Of a stretch of 64,000 bases of DNA, positions 40,435 to 49,991 are shown piece by piece. The DNA comes from Spirochaetia bacterium. Lineage in GTDB: Bacteria > Spirochaetota > Spirochaetia > UBA9216. The notes below the pieces were generated by a model. The model had not been told where the DNA came from. It saw only the letters and a list, made by a program, of their open reading frames with translations, and made no database searches. Location: assembly GCA_963675665.1 (NCBI GenBank), contig OY776510.1, positions 640,001-704,000 of the forward strand, in the 5' to 3' direction. Numbering within the stretch: position 1 is the stretch's first letter; each line of letters starts with the position of its first letter. The position numbers and the translations under genes were made by a program.

Positions 40435-42192
40435 TTATTCAATATCTATCGCATCAAATTTACATGTATCACGGCAGATTCCGCATTTAACACATTTTTC
40501 CTGGTCGATAATATGAACTTCTTTCCGTTCGCCGCTTATGCAGTTGGTCGGACAGGCCTTTGCACATGCTGTACAGCCGATACATTTATCCGGGTTAATG
40601 GTGAACTTTATCAGCGGTTTGCAGACTCCGGCAGGACATTTCTTGTCAAGGATATGAGCTTCATATTCATCCCTGAAGTATTTCAGGGTAGTCAGAACAG
40701 GGTTCGGCGCAAGCTGGCCCAGACCGCAAAGCGAGGTCTTGTTGACATGGCCGGCAAGTTCTTCAAGAAGACTTAAATCGCTCTCGACGCCTTTGCCTTC
40801 GGTAATTCTTGTCAGAATTTCCATCATCCTTTTGGTCCCGATTCGGCAAAACGTACATTTTCCGCAGCTTTCCTTCTGGGTAAAAGCCAGGAAATACTGT
40901 GCAACGTCAACCATACATGTCTGATCATCCATAACAACCATTCCGCCCGAACCCATAATGGCCCCGGTTGCATTGATTGAATCATAATCAATCGGCGTAT
41001 CGAACAGTCTTTCAGGTATACATCCGCCGGCGGGACCGCCCATCTGCACAGCCTTGATTGGTCTGCCGGTTGAGCTTCCGCCGCCTATTTCCTCGACGAT
41101 TTCGCGGATGGTAATACCCATGGGCACTTCGACAAGACCTACGCGTTTTATTTTCCCGGCAAGTGCAAACACCTTTGTGCCGACGCTGCTTCCGTAACTG
41201 TATTTGTTAAAAGCCTCGGGCCCTTCCCTCATTATAAATGGAACATTCGCGTATGTTTCAACATTGTTGATATTGGTCGGTTTGCGGTTTATACCCGCTT
41301 CCGCCGGGAAAGGAGGTCTTAAGGCGGGCATTCCGCGGCGGCCTTCGATTGAAGCCATCAGCGCGGTTTCTTCTCCGCAGACAAAGGCTCCGGCTCCTTC
41401 TTTTACCTTTAAATGGAACGAAAACCCCGTTCCCTGAATATTGTCGCCAAGCAGGTTCTTTTCAATAGCCGCATTAATTGCGATTTTCAAACGCTTGATT
41501 GCCAGCGGATATTCCGCACGGCAATAAACATATCCCAGAGTAGCTCCGGTTGCATATGCGGCGGTCAGCATTCCTTCAATTACAGCATGAGGATCTCCCT
41601 CGAGGACTGCCCTGTCCATAAAGGCTCCGGGATCACCCTCATCAGCATTACAGACAAGATATTTAGGCTCATTTTTCGCGCCTGCAAGAAAGGACCACTT
41701 CATTCCCGTGGTAAATCCGGCTCCTCCGCGTCCTCTCAGGCCCGATACTTTTACAGCCTCAATAACCTCTTCGGGCTTCATGGAACTGATCGCCTTCTTT
41801 ATTCCGTCGTAACCGCCGGCGGCGAGATATTCGTCAATACTTTCCGGGTTAATTACGCCGCAGTTTTTCAGTGCTATTTTGACCTGGCGTTCCAGGTATT
41901 TTTTACCGGAATCTTCTTCCTTGATCCGGTTTTCCGCCGGAAGCCCGCTTCCGGTTTTTACCGCATCTACCAGCTTTTCGGTGAATTTGGAATCCACATT
42001 CCCGAACATTATTCTGCCGGCGTCCGATTCCACTTCAACTATCGGTTCGGCGTAGCACATTCCCACACAGGAGGTCATGCATAATTCAACGTCGAGATCA
42101 GCCTTCTCCAGCTGCTCATATACAGCTTTGGCTCCGGCGGCAATACCGCAGGAACCCATTCCTACTATTACCCTGCTATTCCCCATCTGCAT
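40435..42192 (-). CDS. NuoF/HydB-like FMN-NADH subunit (BfuB/StnB type)
   Basis: SGLRGRGGAGF, NADEGDPGAFMDR, GAFVCGEETAL, ESCGKCTFCR.G, SLCGLG, HI..KKCPAGVC, C-terminal 2x[4Fe-4S]. Confidence 0.92.
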   Translation of the reverse strand: MQMGNSRVIVGMGSCGIAAGAKAVYEQLEKADLDVELCMTSCVGMCYAEPIVEVESDAGRIMFGNVDSKFTEKLVDAVKTGSGLPAENRIKEEDSGKKYLERQVKIALKNCGVINPESIDEYLAAGGYDGIKKAISSMKPEEVIEAVKVSGLRGRGGAGFTTGMKWSFLAGAKNEPKYLVCNADEGDPGAFMDRAVLEGDPHAVIEGMLTAAYATGATLGYVYCRAEYPLAIKRLKIAINAAIEKNLLGDNIQGTGFSFHLKVKEGAGAFVCGEETALMASIEGRRGMPALRPPFPAEAGINRKPTNINNVETYANVPFIMREGPEAFNKYSYGSSVGTKVFALAGKIKRVGLVEVPMGITIREIVEEIGGGSSTGRPIKAVQMGGPAGGCIPERLFDTPIDYDSINATGAIMGSGGMVVMDDQTCMVDVAQYFLAFTQKESCGKCTFCRIGTKRMMEILTRITEGKGVESDLSLLEELAGHVNKTSLCGLGQLAPNPVLTTLKYFRDEYEAHILDKKCPAGVCKPLIKFTINPDKCIGCTACAKACPTNCISGERKEVHIIDQEKCVKCGICRDTCKFDAIDIE

Positions 42193-42658
42193 ATTCCTTC
42201 AGTATTTTATTCATTTTGGCCGGAGTAAGCTTTCCGTAGATGTTATCATCTATCATTACAACCGGCGCCAGAGAGCAGCAGCCGAGGCAGGCCACGGATT
42301 CAAGGGTGAACTTGCGGTCTTCGGTTGTTTCACCTTCCTTTACGCTGAGGTTCTCGGATATGATCGAAAAAACTTTTTCTGCTCCTGCAACATGGCAGGC
42401 TGTCCCCTTACACACCCTGATAAGATGCTTTCCAATCGGTTCAAATCGAAACTGCGAATAAAAGGTCGCAACTCCGTACAATCTTGACGCGGGCAGTTTG
42501 ATTTCCTCTGCTACTGCCTCCACTATTTCCTGGGAGAGATAACCATGGCGCTTCTGGATTTCCTGAAGCAGGGGGATCACCTTTTCCGGCTCCGATCCGA
42601 CAACCTCGACTATTTCCCGGGCTTCTTTTGCGGCGTTGCCGCATTCAGCACAAGACAT
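42176..42658 (-). CDS. NuoE/HydC-like [2Fe-2S] subunit (BfuC/StnA type)
   Basis: GVATFYSQF, VCKGTACH, ACLGCCSLAPV; AGGAGG SD. Confidence 0.92.
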   Translation of the reverse strand: MSCAECGNAAKEAREIVEVVGSEPEKVIPLLQEIQKRHGYLSQEIVEAVAEEIKLPASRLYGVATFYSQFRFEPIGKHLIRVCKGTACHVAGAEKVFSIISENLSVKEGETTEDRKFTLESVACLGCCSLAPVVMIDDNIYGKLTPAKMNKILKEYADGE

Positions 42659-42883
42659 ACGTCCTCCTTTCTAAAATCATGTATTCCGCGCAATGCACCT
42701 CCGGCATAAGCGCTTAACCAGGTAATACAGCGTTGCTGTATCAGGGACTCTCTGAAATACTGTTTGGCGGATAGTATAACAAATGAATAAAGTTTGTTCT
42801 ATAATCCCGATAAAAATGGGCAGCAACAATTTACAGTGATCCCGCTATTTCAATTCCTGATTCTTTGCTTTATAATGTTACTA

Positions 42884-43906
42884 ATGAAAGAATCAATAGC
42901 AATATTATGGGATATTGAAAACGTTACCCCAAGGTCGGACTCTTTATTTGTCAACGGCCTGATAGAATACGCAAACGAAATCGGCAAGGTTTCGGTCGCA
43001 ACTGCCTACGGAGACTGGGCCCGCGGGTCAATCCGCAAAACCTCCGAGGCGCTCGCCGAAAATTCATTCGAAATGGTGCATGTTCCGTATAACAAGAAAC
43101 AGAAAAACTCCGCCGATATGGCCCTCAGTACACATGCCGTCGAACTTATTTATCAGTACCCTCATATAAGAAAAATAATACTGGTTACCGGCGATGCAGA
43201 TTTCAGGCCCCTTCTGCAAAGCCTGCGAAAACACGGCATAGAAACCATAATCATTTGCGACTCTCAAAGCGCAAGCGAAGATTTGCTGCTGCTTGCAGAC
43301 GACTACAAGGATTTTCGGGATATTATACCCGATCCGGAAGACGATGCCTCTTATACGCATGACAGCAGCAGAAAGCATACTATCAGCCTGCCGGAGGCAA
43401 TGGACCTTCTGAAAGAAGCAATTGCCGTAATGAACCGACGAAAAAAGCTGACGACCCTCGGCGCGGTGAAAGTCAGGATGAAGCTTCTTAACGATACCTT
43501 TAATGAAAACGATCTGGGATTCAGAAGCTGGAAGAAATTCATTATGCACGCCGAACGCGAGGGCGTTATAGAACTTGAACATACCGAAAACGACCAGATA
43601 ATAAAACTGCCCGGGCTGGACCAGAAGGATCCGGAAAAGAATCTTGTTCGCCTGCCGAACATCATGTACAGCATGCTTAAAGCCACGCGCGAATGCGCTG
43701 TAAAAACCGGGAAAATCCAGGTCCCGTTCTCTACCGTCAACAATCTTATGCTGGAACAGAATTACGATATCAAGCATTCGGAATATTCGCAGATGAAACG
43801 CCTGGTAAAGGACGCGGAAAAACGCGGACTGGTTCGCAGTTCAAACAAGGGCAAATACTGGTTTGTCGAGATGACCGACGAGGGAAATGAATATTTTGTA
43901 AAATAA
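42884..43906 (+). CDS. NYN-domain ribonuclease (LabA/DUF88) with OST-HTH/LOTUS domains
   Basis: WDIEN, AYGDW, KNSADM, LVTGDADF.PL, plus two C-terminal 'F....LGF..' winged-helix-like repeats. Confidence 0.85.
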   Translation: MKESIAILWDIENVTPRSDSLFVNGLIEYANEIGKVSVATAYGDWARGSIRKTSEALAENSFEMVHVPYNKKQKNSADMALSTHAVELIYQYPHIRKIILVTGDADFRPLLQSLRKHGIETIIICDSQSASEDLLLLADDYKDFRDIIPDPEDDASYTHDSSRKHTISLPEAMDLLKEAIAVMNRRKKLTTLGAVKVRMKLLNDTFNENDLGFRSWKKFIMHAEREGVIELEHTENDQIIKLPGLDQKDPEKNLVRLPNIMYSMLKATRECAVKTGKIQVPFSTVNNLMLEQNYDIKHSEYSQMKRLVKDAEKRGLVRSSNKGKYWFVEMTDEGNEYFVK

Positions 43907-43947
43907 TCAACCGGAAAGTTTTCCTGTCTCCAAAGATTTTACAGCTG

Positions 43948-44994
43948 TCAGTATATTATTTTCTGCTCCTCAACAGCCCGTTTAATCTGGTCGTACTGGG
44001 CTTCAAGGTCCTGTACTTCTTTCTGCCAGAAGGCTTTGCCGCCCCAGTCGGGAAAGCTGTGCTGAAACCGGAAATCATTCTTCTGCCTGCCACACCAGCA
44101 CAGGAAATATACCATGCGCATAGCCCTAAGAGGCTCGATAAGCATCAGGGACCGGGTATTGAATGATCTGAATTCGCGGTAACCTTCAATTATAGCCGAC
44201 AGTTCCTTTCCGGATTCGGGGGCATGATCAGGCAGCAGCAGCCAGATATCCTGGACCGGAAGCGACATGGCCATGTCGTCAAAGTCCATCAGCATTAATC
44301 CCTCTCCGGGGCGTTCGAGGATGTTTCCGCTGTGAAAATCGCCGTGTACCCTTATCAGGCAGTCGGAAAAACTGTTTTCGTAACAATTCCCAAACTCTTC
44401 GAACATTGTTTCAACTGTTGACCGCAGCCTGTTTAAAACCGAATCCATTTCATCTTTCACATCAGGATGGATCCAGTCTGAGGCGGCAAGCTCTTCAATA
44501 TCATTGTCAAAACTGTTTTTTGAGGATATCACGGGTCTGTGTTTTGCCTGTCTTCGCGCACCCGTATTGTGAAGTCTGCCGAGCAGCCGTCCGATTCTCA
44601 GCCATGAATCAAAATCTTCAGCTTCCCACAGCCTGCCGCCTTTTCGTTCGAACACTGCAAAGGGAAAACCCTCTATGCTGCCGAGGGTAGGCGCTTCGGC
44701 GGGCTCTTCAACCAGGCCGGTCATCGGAAGGGGTGCGGCCAGCGGTATATCGTCTTCGGCGCAGTCAAGCATAAAGCGGTGCTCTTCAAGCAGGGCTGCA
44801 CGGCTCCATCGACCGGGGCGATAGAATTTTACAATATAATATTTATCATCATCCGATTTCAATTCATAAACCCTGTTGATATAGCTAGGCATGGGCTGGG
44901 TATAATTTGTAAGCTCAATATCAAGGGCTGCCTCAACAGCTTCCATTACCAAATCAGGGGTTAAATTATCAAAATCGGCAAGCTTCGTTTCCAT
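43948..44994 (-). CDS. srkA: RdoA/YihE (SrkA) Ser/Thr protein kinase
   Basis: SYINRVY, KFYRPGRWS...EEH.F, HGDFH.GNIL, DFDD, QD.W.LL, EPLRAMR, F...FP.W. Confidence 0.88.
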   Translation of the reverse strand: METKLADFDNLTPDLVMEAVEAALDIELTNYTQPMPSYINRVYELKSDDDKYYIVKFYRPGRWSRAALLEEHRFMLDCAEDDIPLAAPLPMTGLVEEPAEAPTLGSIEGFPFAVFERKGGRLWEAEDFDSWLRIGRLLGRLHNTGARRQAKHRPVISSKNSFDNDIEELAASDWIHPDVKDEMDSVLNRLRSTVETMFEEFGNCYENSFSDCLIRVHGDFHSGNILERPGEGLMLMDFDDMAMSLPVQDIWLLLPDHAPESGKELSAIIEGYREFRSFNTRSLMLIEPLRAMRMVYFLCWCGRQKNDFRFQHSFPDWGGKAFWQKEVQDLEAQYDQIKRAVEEQKIIY

Positions 44995-45045
44995 CAGCTC
45001 ATAATAAAATTTAGCATACTAACAATCAAGCATTAATATGATAGG

Positions 45046-45882
45046 ATGATTTCAAGAGTACATGTAATGAAGTCGTTTATCCGCATATTAATACTGTCTA
45101 TGCTGTTTGCTCTTTTACTCTCCGCTTGCAGCTCTTTCGGTGTAAAACCGCAACCGGATGTTCCCAGGATTTTATTTTGCGGAAACAGCATAACCCGGGG
45201 AGAACTGGGCTGCAGCTACGTCAAATTGCTTGAAAAGCAGTTTCCGGATTACGAAATGACAAATCTGGGCCTGGACGGAGATACCGTGTCCGGAATAATG
45301 AACCGTACGCTTTCCCTGCTTGAAAAGGACGATGATTATGATCTGATTGTCATTTCAGCCGGGCATAACGATATTCTTCTGCCGGCTTTCCGTAAGCAGT
45401 CAGCCGCTTACAGATCAATCGTCATGTTAAAAAAGCTGCAGGGCAGTATCCCGGCAGACAGCTATACCGGGTTCATTTCAACATATGAAAAATTTATTGA
45501 TTCCGTCAGGGACATTTCCGCGGCACCCGTTGTACTGGTCACGCTCAGCTGTATAAATGAAGACCTGCAGACCCCGACTAACCTTGAAAGACAGGTTTAC
45601 AACCGGGGGATAATCAAACTTGCGGCAGATAAAAACACATATCTTGCTGACGCCGGCAGGATCTTCGATGATCAACTTGAAAATTATGATTGCCGTGATT
45701 ATCTGATGAGTGATCTTCTGGAATCCGCGTTTTCAGACAGGCGCAGAAGCAGAACTGCCGCCGGCTGCGATAAACTCAGTACAGGACGCGGGCTTCACCT
45801 GACGATTGACGGCGTGCACCTTAATTCAGCCGGCGCGGAGATTTACTTAAAGATTTTGACGCCGTTTCTGGAAAAATTATAA
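45046..45882 (+). CDS. SGNH/GDSL hydrolase-family lipoprotein
   Basis: Lipobox LSAC, GNSIT, G..GD, GHND, DGVH.N. Confidence 0.82.
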   Translation: MISRVHVMKSFIRILILSMLFALLLSACSSFGVKPQPDVPRILFCGNSITRGELGCSYVKLLEKQFPDYEMTNLGLDGDTVSGIMNRTLSLLEKDDDYDLIVISAGHNDILLPAFRKQSAAYRSIVMLKKLQGSIPADSYTGFISTYEKFIDSVRDISAAPVVLVTLSCINEDLQTPTNLERQVYNRGIIKLAADKNTYLADAGRIFDDQLENYDCRDYLMSDLLESAFSDRRRSRTAAGCDKLSTGRGLHLTIDGVHLNSAGAEIYLKILTPFLEKL

Positions 45883-45895
45883 AATAAAAACGGTT

Positions 45896-46969
45896 TTACT
45901 CTTCCAGAATGTGTATGGAATTCGGGTCCATTGAAAACGAAAGGTCTTCTCCGACCCCGATAATGACTTTGCGCATCGGGTTGTTTTCTGAAATTTCAAA
46001 AATCTTGCCGAATAATTCAACTTCATATTCATGGTGAGATCCCATGAAAACGCTCTTTGTTACAGGCGCCCTGAAATCCTTTCCGCCTATATTGAAAGAC
46101 TCGGGTCGAATCATAAACTGCACTTTTTCTCCGACCGAATGACCGGTGGTTTTTTCGGTCTCGTAAAGCACTCCGTGAACGTCCAGTGTTACTGTCTCGC
46201 CTTTTTCGGCAACAATCTTTCCTTCAAGAATATTCGCCCTTCCGATAAACTGTGCGACAAATTCATTTATGGGTTTCTGGTAGATCTCGCGCGGAGATCC
46301 GACCTGCTGAATTGTTCCGTCTTTCATAATTACAATTTTATCGGACAAACCCATAGCTTCTTCCTGATCATGGGTGACATATATTGAAGAAATTCCAACC
46401 TGTTTCTGAATCTTTCTTATCTCATCCCTCATATGCAGCCTTAATTTTGCATCAAGGTTTGAAAGCGGCTCATCAAATAAAAGAACCCCTGATTCCATTA
46501 TCAATGCCCTTGCAAGAGAAACCCGCTGTTGCTGTCCTCCCGACATTTCCGACGGCACCCTGTCGGCAAAGTCTTCCATTTTCATCAGTTTAAGTATTTT
46601 ACGGACTCTCTCGGCTATCTCCTTTTTAGGCAGCTTCTGCAGCTTGAGTCCGTAGGCAATATTGTCATAGACATTCATATGAGGAAACAATGCATAATTC
46701 TGAAAAACCATTGCCGTATCGCGTTTATCGGGAGTAAAAGACGCGACATTCCTGTCGCCGATATAAATTTCTCCCGATGTCGGGATCTCAAACCCGGCAA
46801 GCATTCTGAGGGTTGTAGTCTTGCCGCAGCCTGAAGGCCCGAGCAGGCAGACAAACTCTCCCGGATTTATTGTTAAATCTATATTGTTTACAGCCTTCAC
46901 CTGTTCGTTTTTATTAGTCACAAAGGTTTTAGTCAGATTTTTCAGTTCGACTTTTATTTTCTCATTCAT
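45896..46969 (-). CDS. ABC transporter ATPase (AfuC/FbpC/PotA-like)
   Basis: [29 protein letters not shown]-like tail. Confidence 0.92.
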   Translation of the reverse strand: MNEKIKVELKNLTKTFVTNKNEQVKAVNNIDLTINPGEFVCLLGPSGCGKTTTLRMLAGFEIPTSGEIYIGDRNVASFTPDKRDTAMVFQNYALFPHMNVYDNIAYGLKLQKLPKKEIAERVRKILKLMKMEDFADRVPSEMSGGQQQRVSLARALIMESGVLLFDEPLSNLDAKLRLHMRDEIRKIQKQVGISSIYVTHDQEEAMGLSDKIVIMKDGTIQQVGSPREIYQKPINEFVAQFIGRANILEGKIVAEKGETVTLDVHGVLYETEKTTGHSVGEKVQFMIRPESFNIGGKDFRAPVTKSVFMGSHHEYEVELFGKIFEISENNPMRKVIIGVGEDLSFSMDPNSIHILEE

Positions 46970-46988
46970 CAGGTGTTGTCTCCTCGTT

Positions 46989-48689
46989 TTATTCGGTGCT
47001 GATATTTTTTATTGCAAGTTTTATAATGATCATCGCCGCGCTTACTATCAGGATCAGGATTGTACAGAAAGCTGAAGCTACGCCCATCCGGCCGACGTCT
47101 ATCTGCGCCATTATGGATGTCGTTAAAAGCTTGTAACGGGCTGAAATCAGAAAGATTACCGTGCTGACCAGGGTCATGCTTCGGGCAAATGTAAAAATCA
47201 ACCCGTTTAAAAAGGCATTCTTAATCATGGGAATTGTGATGCTTGTAAAAACCTTCCTGCTCGAAGCGCCGAGCACATTTGCAGCTTCCTCAATTGTGGG
47301 ATCTATCTGCTGAAGAGACGTGATTCCGGAGCGGACCCCGACCGGCAGGCTTCGTATGATAAACGCCATAATGATTATAAAAGCCGTTCCCGTTATAGGA
47401 GGGATGATTGTCAGCCCGAAGATCCCGTAGGTCTTGTTATAACTGATTACGTATCCGAGACCGATAATTGTTCCCGGAATGGCCAGCGCCATAATAGTTA
47501 AAAATTCTATAAACGACTTGCCGAAGAATTTTTTCCTTACAATAAGGAACGCAATTATCATGGCGAGAGTTCCGGATACCGGCGTTGCGATAGCGGCAAG
47601 AGTTGTTGTCGTTATAACCGGCTGAAACAGCTTGGGCTTAAAAATATACCTGTAATGATCCAGCGTCGGCGTATAATTGACGCCCCAGAGCTTTACAAAC
47701 GATCCTATGGGGATCAGAATGTACATCATAATAACAAAGACGGTAAAAACCAAAAGAATAATTGTTGCAGTAACTACAATTCCCCTGGAACTTATAAGGT
47801 CCCTGTGTCTTGAAACCTTTCCGGTAACAGTTACGTAAGATTTCTTGCTGACATAGTATTTCTGAAACACAAATATCGAAATTGAAACAGTCAACAGAAT
47901 CATCGCAAGGGCCGTTGCGGTTCCGAACTGGTAATTTCCTATTCCCTCCTGGTAAATCTTCACAGCCACAGTAGTAAAATTACCGCCGATAACAACCGGA
48001 TTGGCAAAATCAGCTATAGACTGAATAAAGACAAGAAGAAAAGCATTCGCCAGCCCCGGGACCATCAGGGGAAGAGTTACCGAGGTAAAAACCTTAAACC
48101 TTGTAGCCCCCAAATCTCTTGACGCCTCTTCAACCGACGGATCGATTCTCTGAAGCAATGACACAAGCATCATATATGCTATCGGAAAAAAACTGAGCGA
48201 CTGGACAAGAACAAGACCGTGAAAACCGTAGATTTCGGCATCTTTCATGCCCAGCAAGCCTCTTGTAATTAACCCTACCCGGCCGAAAAGAAGAATGGCG
48301 GAAAGTGCAACAACAAACGGCGGTGAAATAATCGGAAGAATGGCAATAAAATCAAAGATTTTCTTGAAACGAATCTTCATATAGGTTGTTACATAGGCAA
48401 AAATAAACCCTACAAAAACCGAAATCGACGCTGTAACAACCCCGAGAAAAATCGTATTGATTAAAATTTTTGTATTTCCATGCATCAGAAATACATCTTT
48501 ATAATTACCCAGAGAAACTCCGTTGTCGGTCGTAAGGCTTTCAACAAGGATATTATAAAGCGGTATCAGGATAAAAAAGACTACCAGCAAAAGGGTAAAA
48601 ATAATCACGGCAAGAAGGGTCGGATCATTTTTTAAATTAGTCAGGGTCCTAAGATTACTTTGAAATTTCAATTTCCCGGTATTTGTCAT
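46989..48689 (-). CDS. ABC permease, duplicated domain (AfuB/FbpB-like)
   Basis: Two EEA...LGA loops; ISPPFV; ADFANP. Confidence 0.9.
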   Translation of the reverse strand: MTNTGKLKFQSNLRTLTNLKNDPTLLAVIIFTLLLVVFFILIPLYNILVESLTTDNGVSLGNYKDVFLMHGNTKILINTIFLGVVTASISVFVGFIFAYVTTYMKIRFKKIFDFIAILPIISPPFVVALSAILLFGRVGLITRGLLGMKDAEIYGFHGLVLVQSLSFFPIAYMMLVSLLQRIDPSVEEASRDLGATRFKVFTSVTLPLMVPGLANAFLLVFIQSIADFANPVVIGGNFTTVAVKIYQEGIGNYQFGTATALAMILLTVSISIFVFQKYYVSKKSYVTVTGKVSRHRDLISSRGIVVTATIILLVFTVFVIMMYILIPIGSFVKLWGVNYTPTLDHYRYIFKPKLFQPVITTTTLAAIATPVSGTLAMIIAFLIVRKKFFGKSFIEFLTIMALAIPGTIIGLGYVISYNKTYGIFGLTIIPPITGTAFIIIMAFIIRSLPVGVRSGITSLQQIDPTIEEAANVLGASSRKVFTSITIPMIKNAFLNGLIFTFARSMTLVSTVIFLISARYKLLTTSIMAQIDVGRMGVASAFCTILILIVSAAMIIIKLAIKNISTE

Positions 48690-48723
48690 CTAACCTCCAG
48701 ATATTCACCAGTCGGATTAACAA

Positions 48724-48749
48724 GGGGATATTCCCGAAAGAACATCCCC
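48724..48749 (-). terminator. Hairpin downstream of the solute-binding gene
   Basis: GGGGATATTC-CCGAAA-GAACATCCCC. Confidence 0.45.
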
Positions 48750-48756
48750 CTTGATA

Positions 48757-49803
48757 TTATTCAGTTGGAGCAGTTGTGCTTGTTTCTACGCTGAAACGTT
48801 CAACCAGTCTTTTCTTGTTTTCACCGGCCCACTGAAAATTGTAATCTATCAGTTTTGTATCCTTAATCGGCATGGCTTCCTCAGGCGGCATTGCATCCTT
48901 GTTTGTAAGAAACTGGAAAGATCCTACCGTTTTGCCCATTTCCTGAACATCTTTGGTTAAAACCCAGTCGATAAACATTTTTGCATTTTCCTGATCCGGT
49001 CCGTTCTTGAGGAGCGCTACTCCGCCAATCTCATAACCTGTACCTTCAACCGGCGCAGAAATAATTATGTCTTTATAACCTTCTTTTTTATACTTGATTG
49101 CATCATGAAGAAATGTGATTCCTATAGTTGCTTCGCCCAAACCGGCCATTCTTCCCGGGGCAGTACCTGATTTGGTATACTGTCTGACCTGGGGACTGAA
49201 TTTCTTGAAGTATTCCATTGCTTCATCTTCACCCACCATCTGAACCATGGTAGCAAGCATTGTATATGCCGTTCCTGATGATCCAGGATGTGCAACAACT
49301 ATTTCCTGGTTATATTCCGGTTTCAGGAAGTCCGACCATGATGTCGGCATTTTAAGACCTTTCTCTTTCAGTATTGCCTGATTTCCGACAAAACCGAGGT
49401 ATCCGATATAAATTCCGGTCCATATCCCGTTGGGGTCCTTAAACCCTTCCCTGATATTAACAGCTTCCGGTGAAATATACGGCTCAATGATTCCTTCTTC
49501 ATTTGCAGCAACAATTCCGTCAACCGGACCGCCGTACCATACAGACGCCGTCATATTGTCTTTTTCCGCTTTCAGACGTGCAAGAATTTCCCCGCTGCTC
49601 ATCCTGACAAACTCTGTTTTAATTCCGGTAAGAGCTTCAAATTCCTCGGCTATCATGGCTGCATGATCTTCCTGGAGTCCCGCGTAAAAAACCAGAGAAC
49701 CTTTGTCTTGCGCAGCCGAATCCTGAGATCCGCTGGCAAAAACAACTCCGGATGCAAGCACGGCCAGAAGAACAGAGAGAATGACAATTCTTTTTCCAAA
49801 CAT
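48757..49803 (-). CDS. ABC solute-binding protein (AfuA-like; Fe3+/sugar-phosphate family)
   Basis: RMSSGE, WYGG, HPGSSGTAYT, YTKSG, FLHD, EGTGYEIG. Confidence 0.85.
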   Translation of the reverse strand: MFGKRIVILSVLLAVLASGVVFASGSQDSAAQDKGSLVFYAGLQEDHAAMIAEEFEALTGIKTEFVRMSSGEILARLKAEKDNMTASVWYGGPVDGIVAANEEGIIEPYISPEAVNIREGFKDPNGIWTGIYIGYLGFVGNQAILKEKGLKMPTSWSDFLKPEYNQEIVVAHPGSSGTAYTMLATMVQMVGEDEAMEYFKKFSPQVRQYTKSGTAPGRMAGLGEATIGITFLHDAIKYKKEGYKDIIISAPVEGTGYEIGGVALLKNGPDQENAKMFIDWVLTKDVQEMGKTVGSFQFLTNKDAMPPEEAMPIKDTKLIDYNFQWAGENKKRLVERFSVETSTTAPTE

Positions 49804-49876
49804 TTCAATTCCTCCTATTAATTATGAATAATACTATAAAACAGCTTTTTGCTGTTGAATACAGCGGGAACCCAAT

Positions 49877-49915
49877 TGTTACCAGACTGTTACAGCATTG
49901 TAACCATATTGTTAC
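49877..49915. promoter_or_regulatory. Four TGT(T/A)AC direct repeats at 11-bp period; probable OmpR/PhoB-family binding site
   Basis: TGTTAC 49877, TGTTAC 49888, TGTAAC 49899, TGTTAC 49910. Confidence 0.72.
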
Positions 49916-49991
49916 TTGCGGAATTATGCTTTTCATGCAATTTTCTATAAATCAATTATTATTTATAGACAGCACAGGTATTAATAGTAAA

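Noticed and set aside
38260-42658. [FeFe]-hydrogenase, formate dehydrogenase, complex I or glutamate synthase
   Set aside because: No H-cluster motifs, Mo domain, membrane Nuo subunits or gltB.
42665-42790. Riboswitch (glycine-like) or Rex site in the nuoE-like leader
   Set aside because: Only one short hairpin and fragmentary motif similarity; the consensus is not met.
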